A stretch of 64,000 bases of DNA. Origin: Octopus sinensis. Taxonomy: Eukaryota. The DNA lies in assembly GCF_006345805.1 (NCBI RefSeq), contig NC_043013.1, positions 3,286,001 to 3,350,000 on the forward strand. Direction: 5' to 3'. This document shows, one piece after another, positions 13,500 through 26,430 of this stretch. The position numbers and the translations under genes were made by a program. A model generated the notes under the pieces. It was not told where the DNA came from, did no database searches, and was given only the letters and a program-made list of their open reading frames with translations. The stretch's first letter is position 1. Each line of letters begins with the position of its first letter.

Positions 13500-14100
13500 G
13501 TGCATTCAATTTTTCCATTGATGGGAAAATTAATTGCACCCGCATCACTAGATATGTTCGTTCTTTTTTTACAACGCTGCAGATTTGAAATTGAAATTCC
13601 AATGAAGTTGCTGCTATGATGTTAGCCAAGTCTACTGTCGATGGTTTCAGGGACAAAATCATGAGTAATTTCTCATATTACTTTATGAATAGTCATCATT
13701 TGTTCGTCAGAACAGTGTTATGGACTTTTTCATTATTGTTGTTAACACCGGACGTATTCGGGCCTTCAGATCCTTCTTGAAGCATAAAAACTATGCGGCC
13801 ATTCACTGAAATTTTCAGTGCATTCATTGACAGACTGTTATGGAAAATAATCGTTTCCTAATAATCAGAAAGCCATCGCTGGTTTGTGGGGTCTTGAAGT
13901 ACTTTCATCCCACACAAAAACAGATCAATGGCAATACTCTGTTCGGAACAAGAAGAATGCGATGCGGCCAAAGTTGACGTAACAAGAACAACAATTTAAC
14001 TGATGTTTAAGTTTAGACCTGCACTAAGTGACTTATGGAAGATGGCACTTGTGATGCGCGAGCAACATTTTCCTGCAATAGGAAACTAAATTCGAATGCA
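13500..14100 (-). mobile_element. Possible decayed Helitron helicase fragment
   Basis: Minus-strand VFVWDESTSRPHK resembles the PIF1-type Helitron motif LIVWDECTMAHK; flanking similarity is weak. Confidence 0.4.
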
Positions 14101-14157
14101 TATTGTGGATATGTAATGATTCCCCACCACGTGAATCATATATAGGTGTACACACAC

Positions 14158-14600
<443 letters not shown>

Positions 14601-15249
14601 TCACACACACACACATATGCATATACATGTTTCCGTGTGGTGTGCACACAGAATTGTATCACTAAATGTGGGTGGTGTGTGTGTGTGTGTGTGTATACTG
14701 CATATGTGTAGGCATCTGTGCGTATGCGTATGCACATTAGTATGATAATATTCCAACAGAGCTATCCAATATTCAGTGCAGATTGAAGATGGGAAACTGG
14801 TATGTATTAATATAAACTTTTATCATATGTCATATCAGATTCCATGAACCATAAAATGCTTCTTTCCTATTCTTATTAATTTTTCTTTCCAATTATCTCA
14901 GTGACGTAGTACAATATAGAATGAAAGAGATAAAAAGAGCAGAAGAGAAAGCGAAACTAAGAGACACAACACAGAGATAAATACTTATTGTACGATAAAA
15001 CAGAAAATTTTCTATGAAAATCATATCTAAATGACAATCTCTCGTAGTCTCAAGCTCTCCCATATATACACACGCATACATGGACAGCACACACACATTT
15101 GTACGTATAATATATTATATATGTATTTGGGTAAACTTTGCTTATTATAGTATATATTTATATATATATGTATATATGTATATATATATATGTATATATA
15201 TATGATATGTTATATTATATATATGTATGTATATATATATATGTATATA

Positions 15250-15296
<47 letters not shown>

Positions 15297-15537
15297 TATA
15301 TACAGTATATATATGTTTGTATGTATGTATATATGTATGGGAATATATATACGTATATATATATGTGTGTGTTTGTGTGTGTGTGTGTGTGTGTATTTAT
15401 GTATGTGTGTTTTAGCAATCGTTTTTCCTACTGAATATCTGAATATTAGATACCTGGACAGTTATCTAATACTTTTCCTCTCAAGAGATGACAGGTATGG
15501 AAAAAAATTGGTGACATGCGCGAGTGTGTGTGCGTGC

Positions 15538-15598
<61 letters not shown>

Positions 15599-15797
15599 TG
15601 ACTGTCTGTCTGTGAGTGTGGACGGAAATATGACCGTGTTTCTTAAATGATTGAAAACGCTGTTCTACGTTCGATCACACTGCGTGGCACTTCGGATAAG
15701 TGTCTTTTAAAGAATGTCTTTTACAGAAAATGAAAACAACAGCCCAAACCGAACCCTTTATGCATATGGTCATATACTTACATCGATAAATGCTCGA

Positions 15798-15846
<49 letters not shown>

Positions 15847-16181
15847 TATACATACACATACACACACACGTATATATATGCTGTTGAATAAAATTTATAC
15901 AAAGCACCTCCACAATTATTGGCTAGCTGATGTCATCATACAGTGGGAATACTCTTGTTACTGTACATACATCAAGAATACTAAATTGTACGTAGATAGC
16001 ATATATAATAATATATATATATATTATATATATATATATACAGTAGTCTGGAACAACTGAATCTTAGTCAGTCAGTTGATGGGCTCCACTACCTCAAATG
16101 TTCTTAAAATTTAAATCCACATCTTTGTCTATGTATCTACCTTCTCTATAATGTTGTCACTTTGTATGAAAATTTTTGTAT

Positions 16182-16274
16182 TAATTGGCTGATGAGTGCT
16201 CAGCATTTTAAAACTGTTGTAATACCTACAACATTTAATAAAATGATGTAGTACGAAACGATCGTACCAAATTA
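16182..16274 (+). ncRNA. Type I hammerhead ribozyme, canonical core, long stem II
   Basis: Stem I TAATTGG/CCA(A)ATTA, CTGATGA at 16189, stem II from G16196-C16254 capped by TGTTGTA/TACAACA, GAAA, palindromic ACGATCGT, GUA triplet with predicted cleavage after 16266. Confidence 0.85.
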
Positions 16275-16883
16275 CCGGAGTCATTCTTGTTGCTTATTTT
16301 GATTATATATATATATATATTAATGTAAGCATCATTTCAGCAACACAGTCTCCATTTAGTTCTGTTTGCTTTATTCCAAAACTTACAGTCTAATCGTACT
16401 AAAGAAACAAAATCCCCAACCAGATCTTTGACTTCAGATATTTGGGATAAATAGTTGTAGAACGGAACTAAGGATATACACCGGGCAGCTTATATACACC
16501 TTTGTTTTCAATGCTGTTGGGAGTAAGGCGTTCCCAATGATTTCTGTAGAACTCTTCTTATTTTTTTTTTCTTTCTGTTGAGCTCCACTTTGTCTTACCT
16601 CTTACTATGTGGCATACATAAAACTCATACTTACGTATATCCGTGCAAACATCCATACATCCACACGCTTATACATAGATATATATATATTTACTGCACC
16701 GTCTTGCCGCTAAATTCGAAATCATGGTATCAGATTAACCAGCATTACTTTTGCTAACCTAGCATGGACATTTTTCCTACCATGCCTGTATTAATTTTGT
16801 GACTATTCCGTGGCTCAGAAGTATTTTTAACTTCTATTTTTAGCGATGCAGGTACTCATGTAGTACCCTTGAGTGTATGTATA

Positions 16884-17272
16884 TCTTTATATATAAAAGT
16901 GAGGTTGTGTGCTGTCTGTCTCCTACGATTTAGATTCCTAACTACTCCCACATTTTGCGGTGCAGTTTAACCAAACCGGGTATCTTATAGTCGTGATTAA
17001 TATCGAGCCCTCTGGGTATTAGCGCGCGTCTACGATGAGTCTACGATTAAAAAAAAAATTACCATCAATTTTCCCATTTTTAATGCATTTTGGCATATAT
17101 AAGGGAAGTAACTCTCTAAAAATTTATTATTAAATCTCAGAACGTAAAAAGCTACAGTAACACCCCCCTTTGTGGTTAACCATATTGAGATGGCTATTAT
17201 ACTTTACATCTCTAAAAATGCTTATATAGTTATTTCCCTTACAAACCCGAGCAACGCCGGCGATACTGCTAG
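16884..17272 (+). mobile_element. Non-autonomous Helitron
   Basis: 5' TC start, GC-rich subterminal ccgagcaacgccgg segment, 3' CTAG end, inserted between A16883 and T17273 with no TSD. Confidence 0.88.
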
Positions 17273-17316
17273 TGAATATATATAAAAGTAAATGTCTCTG
17301 ATATAATATTATATAT

Positions 17317-17370
<54 letters not shown>

Positions 17371-17744
17371 GCCTGTACGGCTGGCATTCGCTTGCCAATA
17401 GTGATGGTATTTTAATAGGACAATCACTCTCATATTTACTTATAAATAAGTTCAGGTATTTCGTTTGTTTAAATAGTATTTGATCACTTCAAACGAATTT
17501 TGCAGGCATGATTCTGACTAAGGAGAATCAGGCACCGTTTTGGCACTAAATTCGAAACCTGATATCAGATTAACCTAACAGAGGTAAGACAATTTTAATG
17601 TTCACTGGAATTTTTTTCCTACTATGCCTGCATTAATTTTGTGACTATTCCGTGGCACAGAAGTACTTTTAACTTTTATTTTTAGCGATGCAGGTGCTCA
17701 TGTAATTTCCTTGTGTGTATGTATGTATGTATGATGTATGTATG

Positions 17745-17778
<34 letters not shown>

Positions 17779-17841
17779 ATTATAATATATATATATATAT
17801 AATATATATAATTATATATATATTAATATATATATATATAA

Positions 17842-18082
17842 AATTGCAGCGTGGAAGGTGTTTATAAGCCATTTAAGAAACACACAAAAACCGTTAGATT
17901 CAGTGAACAGGTCGCGGTCTCAAAGCGACGAAAATATTATGACAAATTAAATTTAAGTGTTGAAGTGAATCTAACGTTTTGTTTTTTTGTGTTTCTTAAA
18001 GGGCTTATAAACACCTTCCACGCTGCAATTGTTTTCGATCTCAGATCAAGTCACTTGCTATGCAAGTATATCCCCGTAACAT

Positions 18083-18085
<3 letters not shown>
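17842..18085 (+). mobile_element. Second copy of the HHR-bearing PLE-like module, embedded in (TA)n
   Basis: Homologous to 1324-1560; inverted arms about 60 bp; (TA)n on both sides. Confidence 0.7.
17900..17946 (+). ncRNA. Hammerhead ribozyme, G3-C8 variant (copy 2)
   Basis: GTGAACA+G, GTCGC/GCGAC, GAAA, AATATT, UUA triplet. Stem I is only 3 bp (TCA/TGA) because the inverted arm replaces the upstream sequence. Confidence 0.6.
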
Positions 18086-18127
<42 letters not shown>

Positions 18128-18199
18128 ATTATTAATTAGCCTGTACGGCTGGTATTCGCTTACCAGTTGTAATGGTATTTTAATAGTACTATCGCTAGT

Positions 18200-18405
18200 G
18201 TAACCACACACGTGTTTTTCTTGGACTATTTTTGCCTTTTCTGGATATTTCATCTTTCCATTTTCTGACGAAGAACCATGCTCGAAACGTCACACACACA
18301 CCAACTTTTTTTTCCATCTTAAACTGAGCATCAGCCTAATACATTCACTGTGTTCGTCCTTTTAACTTTTGTTGCTTTCGTCTTTATTTTCAATTTGCCT
18401 ATATA
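18200..18405 (+). mobile_element. PLE pseudo-LTR fragment with HHR-like motif at 18265-18291
   Basis: CTGACGA+A, GAAC/GCTC (one mismatch), GAAA, ACGT, GUC triplet. Downstream sequence resembles the tails at 40500-40600 and 55200-55305; ends in (TA)n; stem I is lost. Confidence 0.55.
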
Positions 18406-18428
18406 TATATATATTATATATATGTGTG

Positions 18429-18465
<37 letters not shown>

Positions 18466-18899
18466 CATGTATGTATGTACACACAACTACATAGGCAAAT
18501 GATTTTGCTTAATTGCATACCAGATAATTGTATAATCCAGTTCAACGTAGAATGGCGTCGTCAACTGATCAAAAGCTGTCGAGTTTGACTTTACTGATGG
18601 AAATCTAATATTACAGAAAGGTGTCTGTCACCTTGACAACGATTAGTTATCACCTCGAGAAGCTTTCAAATTTTCTCTTTGACAAAGTTTAGATTTTCCA
18701 CTTCGCATGTCAGTTGTGTGAAAAATTTTTTATAAAATTCTTCTAACTTTTATCTTTTATTAGTCTCAGCGAAAGGTTGAGGCCATGCTGGAGCACCGCA
18801 TTTCAGTATGTTTGAGTTTCTGGGGAAGTATCGAATTGGACGAGTTTCTCTTCTTTGTGCCACCTCCGTGATGTGGGTTCATCTGGTATCTCAATAAAA

Positions 18900-20100
18900 A
18901 AAAATTATTCTGACGTTCTTTGAAGACCTCCTCACCTACACCACGCAAATCTTTGAGACTGTTTGCTCGAATGTTGCGTCGATGTGGACCCTTGAAACTC
19001 AAGTTGTTACAGTACTAGGTTCTTATTTTAGTTGGAGAAACGGAATCTTTGGTACTATGCTGTGCCGTCCAGTTCGGTGGTTTGTATAGCTTTCAATTCC
19101 AATGTTAGAAATGAGACCTTCCAGGATCTTCCATATTTATATCACTGCATATCTTTAATGCCTTCTCTCTAGAGATTAGAGCTTCAGCTCCTTTAACCTC
19201 TCCCAGCAGCTCATCTTTTTCAACGAGTTAATCTTCTGTGTGTAGTGGCGCTGGTTCGCCTCAAGTTCCGCCACAAGTTTGACGCTCTTCGGTGACCACC
19301 ACTGGGAGCAGTAATACAGACGACCAATAGCGAAAGTTCCCCATATGAATAGCATGATATCCTGTTTCCTGGTTCTGAATATCAAAATCCTTCCAGCTAC
19401 TCACCTGCACAGTGTTGTCACCTTAGTAATATGCCTCATTACTCATGTACATTCTTAAATCACGCACCGACTCTGACTCTGGGATTGCACTACCACCTGG
19501 TACTGAGTATTCCGAAAGTATTCGATTTGTTGGACGATAGTAGAGCGCTTGAGCCTTCTCAACATTGAACTGCATGTTATTTTCATCTGCTCGTTCGTAT
19601 ATTGCATGCAGGTCGTTTTGCAGTTTTAGTATCAGGGTTCTTGACCGTCTCTAATACTTTTGTATCATCAGCAAAGCTGGTGAGAATGGTTGAATGTATG
19701 GATGAGGGTATATCTGAGAGAGTCGCCACAAACAGTAGTGGTCCCAGTACAGTTCCTTAAGGGACGCTCCTACGGATTGATGCCTCACCAGACAGAGCAC
19801 TATTTGCTGGAACCTTTTTTAGAAGAGGAGGGGAATTCATGCAGCCACTATGCCAGTTTTCCAGTGCTATTAAGGTCACTCTCAAAACTCACTCTCAAAT
19901 GCATTTCCCTCTCTGTCCTTTCTTTCGATACATTTTCTGTTCTCCCGAACTAGTTAAACGCATATTCTCCTCGTCCCTACGTATTCGATCCACCTGCCTT
20001 TGTCTCCACTCGTGTTACATGTCACCTTGCCTATCACTAAAGACTTCACCAATCCTTACACTTCATAACTTCAAAATTCTGGAATTTTTATTCAAACTAT
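18900..20100 (-). mobile_element. Decayed CR1/L2-group LINE reverse transcriptase
   Basis: VP*GTVLGPLLF, SFADDT (19661-19678), YYCSQWWSP and WERLKELKL motifs. Confidence 0.88.
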
Positions 20101-20354
20101 GATTTTTTTTTTTTCAGAGCCCATCGATCCACCATTTTAGAAGATCCTGAAAAAATCACAGTGACTGGCCCCACTCCTCTGAATTCCCTCTTAAAAAACA
20201 AAAATGTGAAGGAATACTAGAAATGATATGTTTCCATACCCAGAAACATCAACACATAACGACTACCACTTCAGTCCCAAGCCAACGGGTGGAGATTCAA
20301 AGTCGCTTGACCAGCTGTTAAGGATAAAGTTTCTAAAATGGATTCCGGGATCCG

Positions 20355-20424
20355 AATGTTTGCTTTGGTACGTTGGTTGAACGTCTGTGATATTGACAGA
20401 AGGGTTCGAGTCCCACGAATAGCC
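20355..20424 (+). pseudogene. tRNA-like remnant or isolated SINE head
   Basis: Stem TCTGT/ACAGA with a 7-nt loop and GGTTCGAGTCCC B box; the acceptor stem does not pair. Confidence 0.35.
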
Positions 20425-20944
20425 TTCCACTTTTTCTGTGCAAAGGATTTTTAACCCAATATTAACACGTTATTCTTTTTAACTTCATTTGCTCTTAGCT
20501 TCAACTTTTTAAAAAATTATTATTAACTTTTCGCTGTTACTGCTGCAGTAGTTGCTAAAATTATTCTCGTCCTCGAACAAGAATATCAATATACTAACAG
20601 AAAGAAGCCATTGTGACAGAAGAACAAAGACCTGCGTTGCTATGACCGCCATTTGTCCTCGAGCCGAAAAATGCGGAACGCTTTTCCTCCCTCTCAGCAT
20701 CTCAGTTACATCTCTCACTTTCTTCCAATGCAAACGTCGTTGAACGATGTTTTTGTAGAGGAAAATATGGATTTTTAAGTAAAACAAGATTTTAACGCTG
20801 GTATGAGTCACAATCAAAAGAAAAACTGCATCACAATATTCAAGTGTCAGTTTCTCAATAATATTGACAAGTAAAAATTTGTTAAATGTATCACTTTTAG
20901 GGCATAAACAACAGAAATTTGTGTGAAAAATATAGAGACAAGTT

Positions 20945-21380
20945 GTGAAAGTTTTACACTGGAAGCTTTGTCAAAGATGGAGTTTGGAGCAGGAAGTACA
21001 TGGTACAAGCATCGGATAGAACGAGTTCTTGTATTGAAAACATGCACAATTTTATAGAATTTCCCCATTCAAATGGATAAGGAGATGGAACATAACGAGG
21101 CAGATATTACAGAAACAGGCTGATTGATCCACCGTGTCCGTTTGATACTAGGATTGTGAAGAAAGCAGATGAAAGGGGTGAAAATCTGCAAACCCTTAAA
21201 ATTGGAAATTGCGAGTATTTGGAATAAGAATCCTATAAGGTTTGTACTTGTGATAATTGCAGTAGTAGGGGCTGTGTGTGATGAAGGAGATTGGTGGATA
21301 AAGGGGATTGGAATGGAATGTCCTTTACATCTTCTACAGAATTATCTCTTGGGAACAGGGAGGTTAATCTGAGAGGTTTT
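20945..21380 (+). mobile_element. R4/Dong-type non-LTR retrotransposon, restriction-like endonuclease C-terminus
   Basis: WYKH..IL*NFPIQMDKEMEH..DI, IDPPCPFDTRI and LEIASIWNK..GIGMECPLHLLQ..LLGTGRLI match the RLE-clade 3' end pattern. Confidence 0.8.
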
Positions 21381-21699
21381 TATCACTTGATGGCTTATTG
21401 AAATCATGTGAATATCTAAGGTTACAGATAGTTGCCCGCTACTCCCATAAATTCTTTCAGGAATAAGATCAATTCTGAGTCAAGAAAATTTCTGCTATTT
21501 GCCACATGGGCGTGAGATGAGGAGAACATTACAAAGACAGGTTACGATTTCCGTGTGGGGCGGGGAAAATAATTATAATGATTTCTTTTATTTACCATCA
21601 TGGCATCCCATAAGGAATACAATTATAAAAAGAGAGACATAAAGTATGGTAAATTAAGGGTGGTGGGAAATGTAACGTAACTGTGCATTGGATACAAAT

Positions 21700-22080
21700 A
21701 ATGAGAAAGCTTGATGATGAGGGCGGAAATTGTTCTGATACCAAAAAACTTCCATTTTGCTCCTTCCTGCATCCCGGATTCGGATCAGCTAGATGTCAGC
21801 ATCGTACCAAACACGAGGAATTTAACCGTTTTGTTAGTTCAGTGTCCCCGACGATGCTAATCGGCTTGGGCTTTCCTCTTCAAGAGACGAACCAGCCGAC
21901 TTGTTCGGATTGATTTTTTTCCTCTGCACCAACTCCTTTAGAAGAGTGCAAATCGCTTCCTCTCCGGTGGCATTCGTTACCATAACGGTGCTATCGTCCG
22001 CATACGGCAACACGGGTCTTCTGGATTCCAGTTCTAACAATAACGTTCTCTTAAGCATTCCAACTTCCGCAACAGTGACT
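21700..22080 (-). mobile_element. Tx1/L1-clade RT fragment
   Basis: YADDSTVMVT..KINPNKS parallels [17 protein letters not shown] at 43070-43195. Confidence 0.65.
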
Positions 22081-22244
22081 CGAGAGCAGTTAATAATAAT
22101 AATAAGGATCCAACCACTGAAAGCGAGTCAGAAATCAGACACACACTTATATGTATACACACACAGACACACGCACACAAACACATATATGCATAAGTAA
22201 GCATACATATATATGTACATAAATATATAAGCATATAGATGCAT

Positions 22245-22282
<38 letters not shown>

Positions 22283-22328
22283 AACTCCACTTTGTTATAT
22301 ATACATATATATAGAGAGAGAGAAGGGC

Positions 22329-22360
<32 letters not shown>

Positions 22361-22434
22361 AAAAGAAAGCGGGATACACACACACACGCACACAAATATA
22401 CACATACATACATACATACATATACATACATACA

Positions 22435-22482
<48 letters not shown>

Positions 22483-22599
22483 CAATACAGGTAAAGGGTG
22501 AAATATAATTAAGTAATTTTATTTTTAATTTAATAAAATCAATAAATTCCACCTAGTAGTATTTCGGTATGGAAAATGACCATATTCGGTAAAAATTTA

Positions 22600-22702
22600 T
22601 ATAATTATAATAATAAGGTTTTTTTGCAACAAGTTGCTTAACCACATTTCGGTATGTTGTTTATGCAACTTGTTGCAAAAAACCCTTATTATTATAATTA
22701 TA
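22600..22702. repeat. Foldback inverted repeat (about 38-bp arms, 27-nt spacer)
   Basis: tataattataataataaggtttttttgcaacaagttgc pairs with gcaacttgttgcaaaaaacccttattattataattata. Confidence 0.9.
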
Positions 22703-22733
22703 CATACATATATATGTAGATACAGATATATAC

Positions 22734-22778
<45 letters not shown>

Positions 22779-22833
22779 CATACATACATATATATATATA
22801 TATAATATATATATATAATATATATATATATAT

Positions 22834-22913
<80 letters not shown>

Positions 22914-23219
22914 TGTATGTATATGTATATATGAAGATAAGAAGCTAGTAAGCTGGCTTACTATACAGACAGATAGGTAGAAAGAGGGATAAAAATATGC
23001 ACATTTGGTGAAGCGTGTGAGTTTTCTTATATTAAAGGCTGGAAATCAATCCGAAGAAACGTATTAATTGGTTTTTTTACAGAGGAGATTATCGCTGGTG
23101 ACTTCGGTGATTTTTCTTTTCTGCTTTTATTTTCTTACAGACGTACATGCTCGCGCGCAGAGAAACACTCATGCACAGGACGTACAAATATCTGTAAGCT
23201 CAGATACACCCACATGCAT

Positions 23220-23273
<54 letters not shown>

Positions 23274-23480
23274 AGTGTGTGTGTAACGTGAGCCATTGCC
23301 ATTATCTGCCAAAATTTCGTGCAAGACTGTCTATGTTGCGTGAACGGATATATACAATTTGTCACTTCATTTCTACCTGTGGAGCGGTAAATCTGTCGGT
23401 GTTAATGTATATGTGTATGTGTGTAGTTACGCTGTGCATTTATGGCCGCTTGTATGTTTACATGTACGCTATTATGTATT

Positions 23481-23511
<31 letters not shown>

Positions 23512-23869
23512 GTCACAATGACAAATTCATATAAGCGGTTTGTGTGTATGTATATATGCGTGTGTGTGTGTGTATACACACACACATACACACACACATT
23601 AGATATACATATGTATAGACAGAGGAGGGGGAGTTATTTATGTATAAATATGCATATATTGATCTTACCTTAACGGAACAGTAAACTAACTATGCATATA
23701 AATATATATACGTGTGTGTATCAGCATATATGTTTACTAAAGGAATGTATAAATATAGGTAGGTATATATATATACATATATACATATAAACATATACAT
23801 GTATTATGCAAATCGCGTGTGTGGGTGCCTATAAATATAAGTATATATGTGTATATATATATTTCTTTA

Positions 23870-24090
23870 CTACCCACAAGGGGCTAAACACAGAGGGGAC
23901 AAACAAGGACAGACAAAGCGATTAAGTCGATTCCATCGACCCCAGTGCGTAACTGGTACTTAATTTATCGACCCCGAAAGGATGAAAGGCAAAGTCAACC
24001 TCGGCGGAATTTGAACTCAGAACGTAGAGGCAGACGAAATACGGCTACGCATTTCGCCCGGCATGCTATCGTTTCTGCCAGCTCGCCGCC
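23870..24090 (-). mobile_element. SINE family B, full length
   Basis: Reverse complement of the head ggcggcgagctggcagaaacg plus the conserved core. Confidence 0.9.
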
Positions 24091-24720
24091 TTCCAAATAT
24101 ATATATGTGTATATATATATGTGTGTGTGTGTGTGTGCATACACACACGCATATATATAGATTTACATATATAGACACATACATATATATGTATGTTTGT
24201 ATGTCCGTGTATTAAAAGTGTGTCCGTGCATGTATCCAAGTATATAATTATAGGATCAGAGCTAACAGAGGAGATTTACATGTGATCTAAGCCTTCGCAA
24301 ACGTGGTGATCCGTACCTGATCTTTCTGGGGCTCCTTGTCTTTTCTTCTTTGCTTAAAGAACTTGTAACCAAGATGGAATATTCCTCCGTTGCTTTCTAT
24401 TCTTAGCGACAGGTGTCGTCTCCTTTGGTTGACTATTGTTGTGTGAATGGTTTTGCTTCCGTATGTCTCTGAATCGTATGATAACGTTTTCCTGTTGCCC
24501 GTTCAGAACATAACTCATCTTACTGGCGCCTGTAATTGCCTTTTTTCTCAATAGAGCCAATACAACATTGCTGATCTCTCATCAACATCGCCTCTGTGCA
24601 TCATATTTATGCTTGTCCAACGACATAGATGTTGTTATTGCTTGCTGTCAGTCAAAAGATTTCATTAACGGAGCCGTTCAACCTCTTTGATGTGACGTCA
24701 CTAAAGGAGTACCAGTTGTG

Positions 24721-25300
24721 CACGAGGTGATATCAAAAGATTCCAGGGCTCGTTATGTTTAATAACGTTGTAACATCATCTCCTTCGAAATTGTCACCTT
24801 GCGCAGCAACACACCGGTCCCAACATTCCGGACACTTTGGGAATCCGGCCTGGAAATCGTTTTCCGTAAGCGAATGGAGGACCTTCTACGATTCGCTCTT
24901 GATCTCGACAACGGTGTTAAAACGGAGCCATTGAACAGCATTTTTATCTTAGGGAAGAGATGGAAGTCTGCAAGTGCTAAATCTGGCGAATAGGGCGGGT
25001 GCGGAAACGATACCATGTTTTTGACGAGAAACTTACGAGTTAGGAGATCTCGGTGACTGGGCGCATTGACATCGTGAAGAATCCAATTCTTCGCGCTCCA
25101 CAAATCTGGTCGCTTTCGCCAAATGACCTCTCTGAAATGCTTCCTGGAACCATGTGATCTGAAAGCATGCTTCTTAGTACAGAGGCACGACATATTAAAG
25201 TTTTGACTATGCAGAGGCAACACCTATTGCCAATAGTGCAGTTAGGAGGAGATTCAATTACAGCCAATTTAATTTTTTAATGAGAGATACCTCTTTTAAG
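24721..25300 (-). mobile_element. Mariner transposase 3' half (irritans-like), decayed
   Basis: WILHDVNAPSH..HPPYSPDLALADFHLFPK; TIR-like cacgaggtgatatcaaaaga at 24721. Confidence 0.85.
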
Positions 25301-25869
25301 ACCTAGATGTATTTTGAAAGAGTTGTTGCATTTCATTGGTCTCATGTCTGAATGTATATGTATGTTGAGCATACCCGAATTTAAATGAGTTCCCGGTAAG
25401 CCTACATAGCATTTTTTGTTATCATTGTTATATTTAGCAAAGTAAATGATATTTATGTGAAGACATATATTGTATAGAATGCATGCACTTTTTGTGGGAA
25501 GAGTTGAATTTATCCTTACACCAATAACTTTGAAGTTTTATGTTAAAAATTTTATAGCATTTATGAAAACAAGGGAAGCATTTACTGACAAATTTCGGAA
25601 GAATATGGAAATATTGGTTCAGCCTGAAAACTGGAGTTATACCATATACCTTTTCTTTTTCTGGCGTTTTTGCATTAGTTGGATCCTTGTGGAAGGGTAT
25701 ATTCTACATTAATGAAGCGCCTCCGCTTAGAAGCGACGTTGTAAGTTTCTTCTTTAGATGATATCAGAGAGGTTTTTTTGCTTATGTTTCTGGGTATGTT
25801 TGATGGGTATTTAGAGTTTTTCTGAATGTGGCGCATGACCACATTAGGTTTGTTTTAGATTATTTTATT

Positions 25870-26280
25870 CACTTATTCTTTTATATTCGTTTCAGTCATT
25901 TGACTGCGACCATACCGGAACACCGCTTTGGGAGTTTTAATCGAACAAGTCGAGCCCAGGACTTATTTTTTAAAGCCTAGTACTTATTCTATCATACTCT
26001 TTTGCTGAGCCCTTAAGTTACGGGGTTGTAAGCCCACCAACACCAATTGTCAAGCAGTGATGGAGGTACAAACACAGACACAAAGACACATTTACACAGA
26101 TATATCCAATAATATATAAGGCAGGCTTCTTTCAGGTTCCAACTACCAAATCCATTCACGAGGCTTTGATCGTTTCGAGGCTATAGTAGAATACACTTGC
26201 CCAAGGTACCACACAGTGAGACTGAAGCCGGAAACATGTGGTTTAAAAGCAAACTTTTAACAACACAGCCACGCCTATAT
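25870..26280 (-). mobile_element. SINE family A, full length
   Basis: Reverse complement of the 52510-52920 sequence. Confidence 0.88.
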
Positions 26281-26403
26281 AATTTTTTAATATATGATGT
26301 GTTTAATAATAGTATATGTTATTACATATCAAAAATATTATGTCTCTTTTTAAACATATATATTGTATATGTTGAAAAAATTATATCTATATATATTGGG
26401 CAC

Positions 26404-26430
26404 AGCCTGTAGGCTGAAACTAGTAACAGA
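26404..26430 (+). ncRNA. Decayed HHR 3' half
   Basis: AGCC-tgta-GGCT, GAAA, palindromic ACTAGT, GUA triplet; the CUGANGA position reads TTGGGCAC. Confidence 0.45.
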
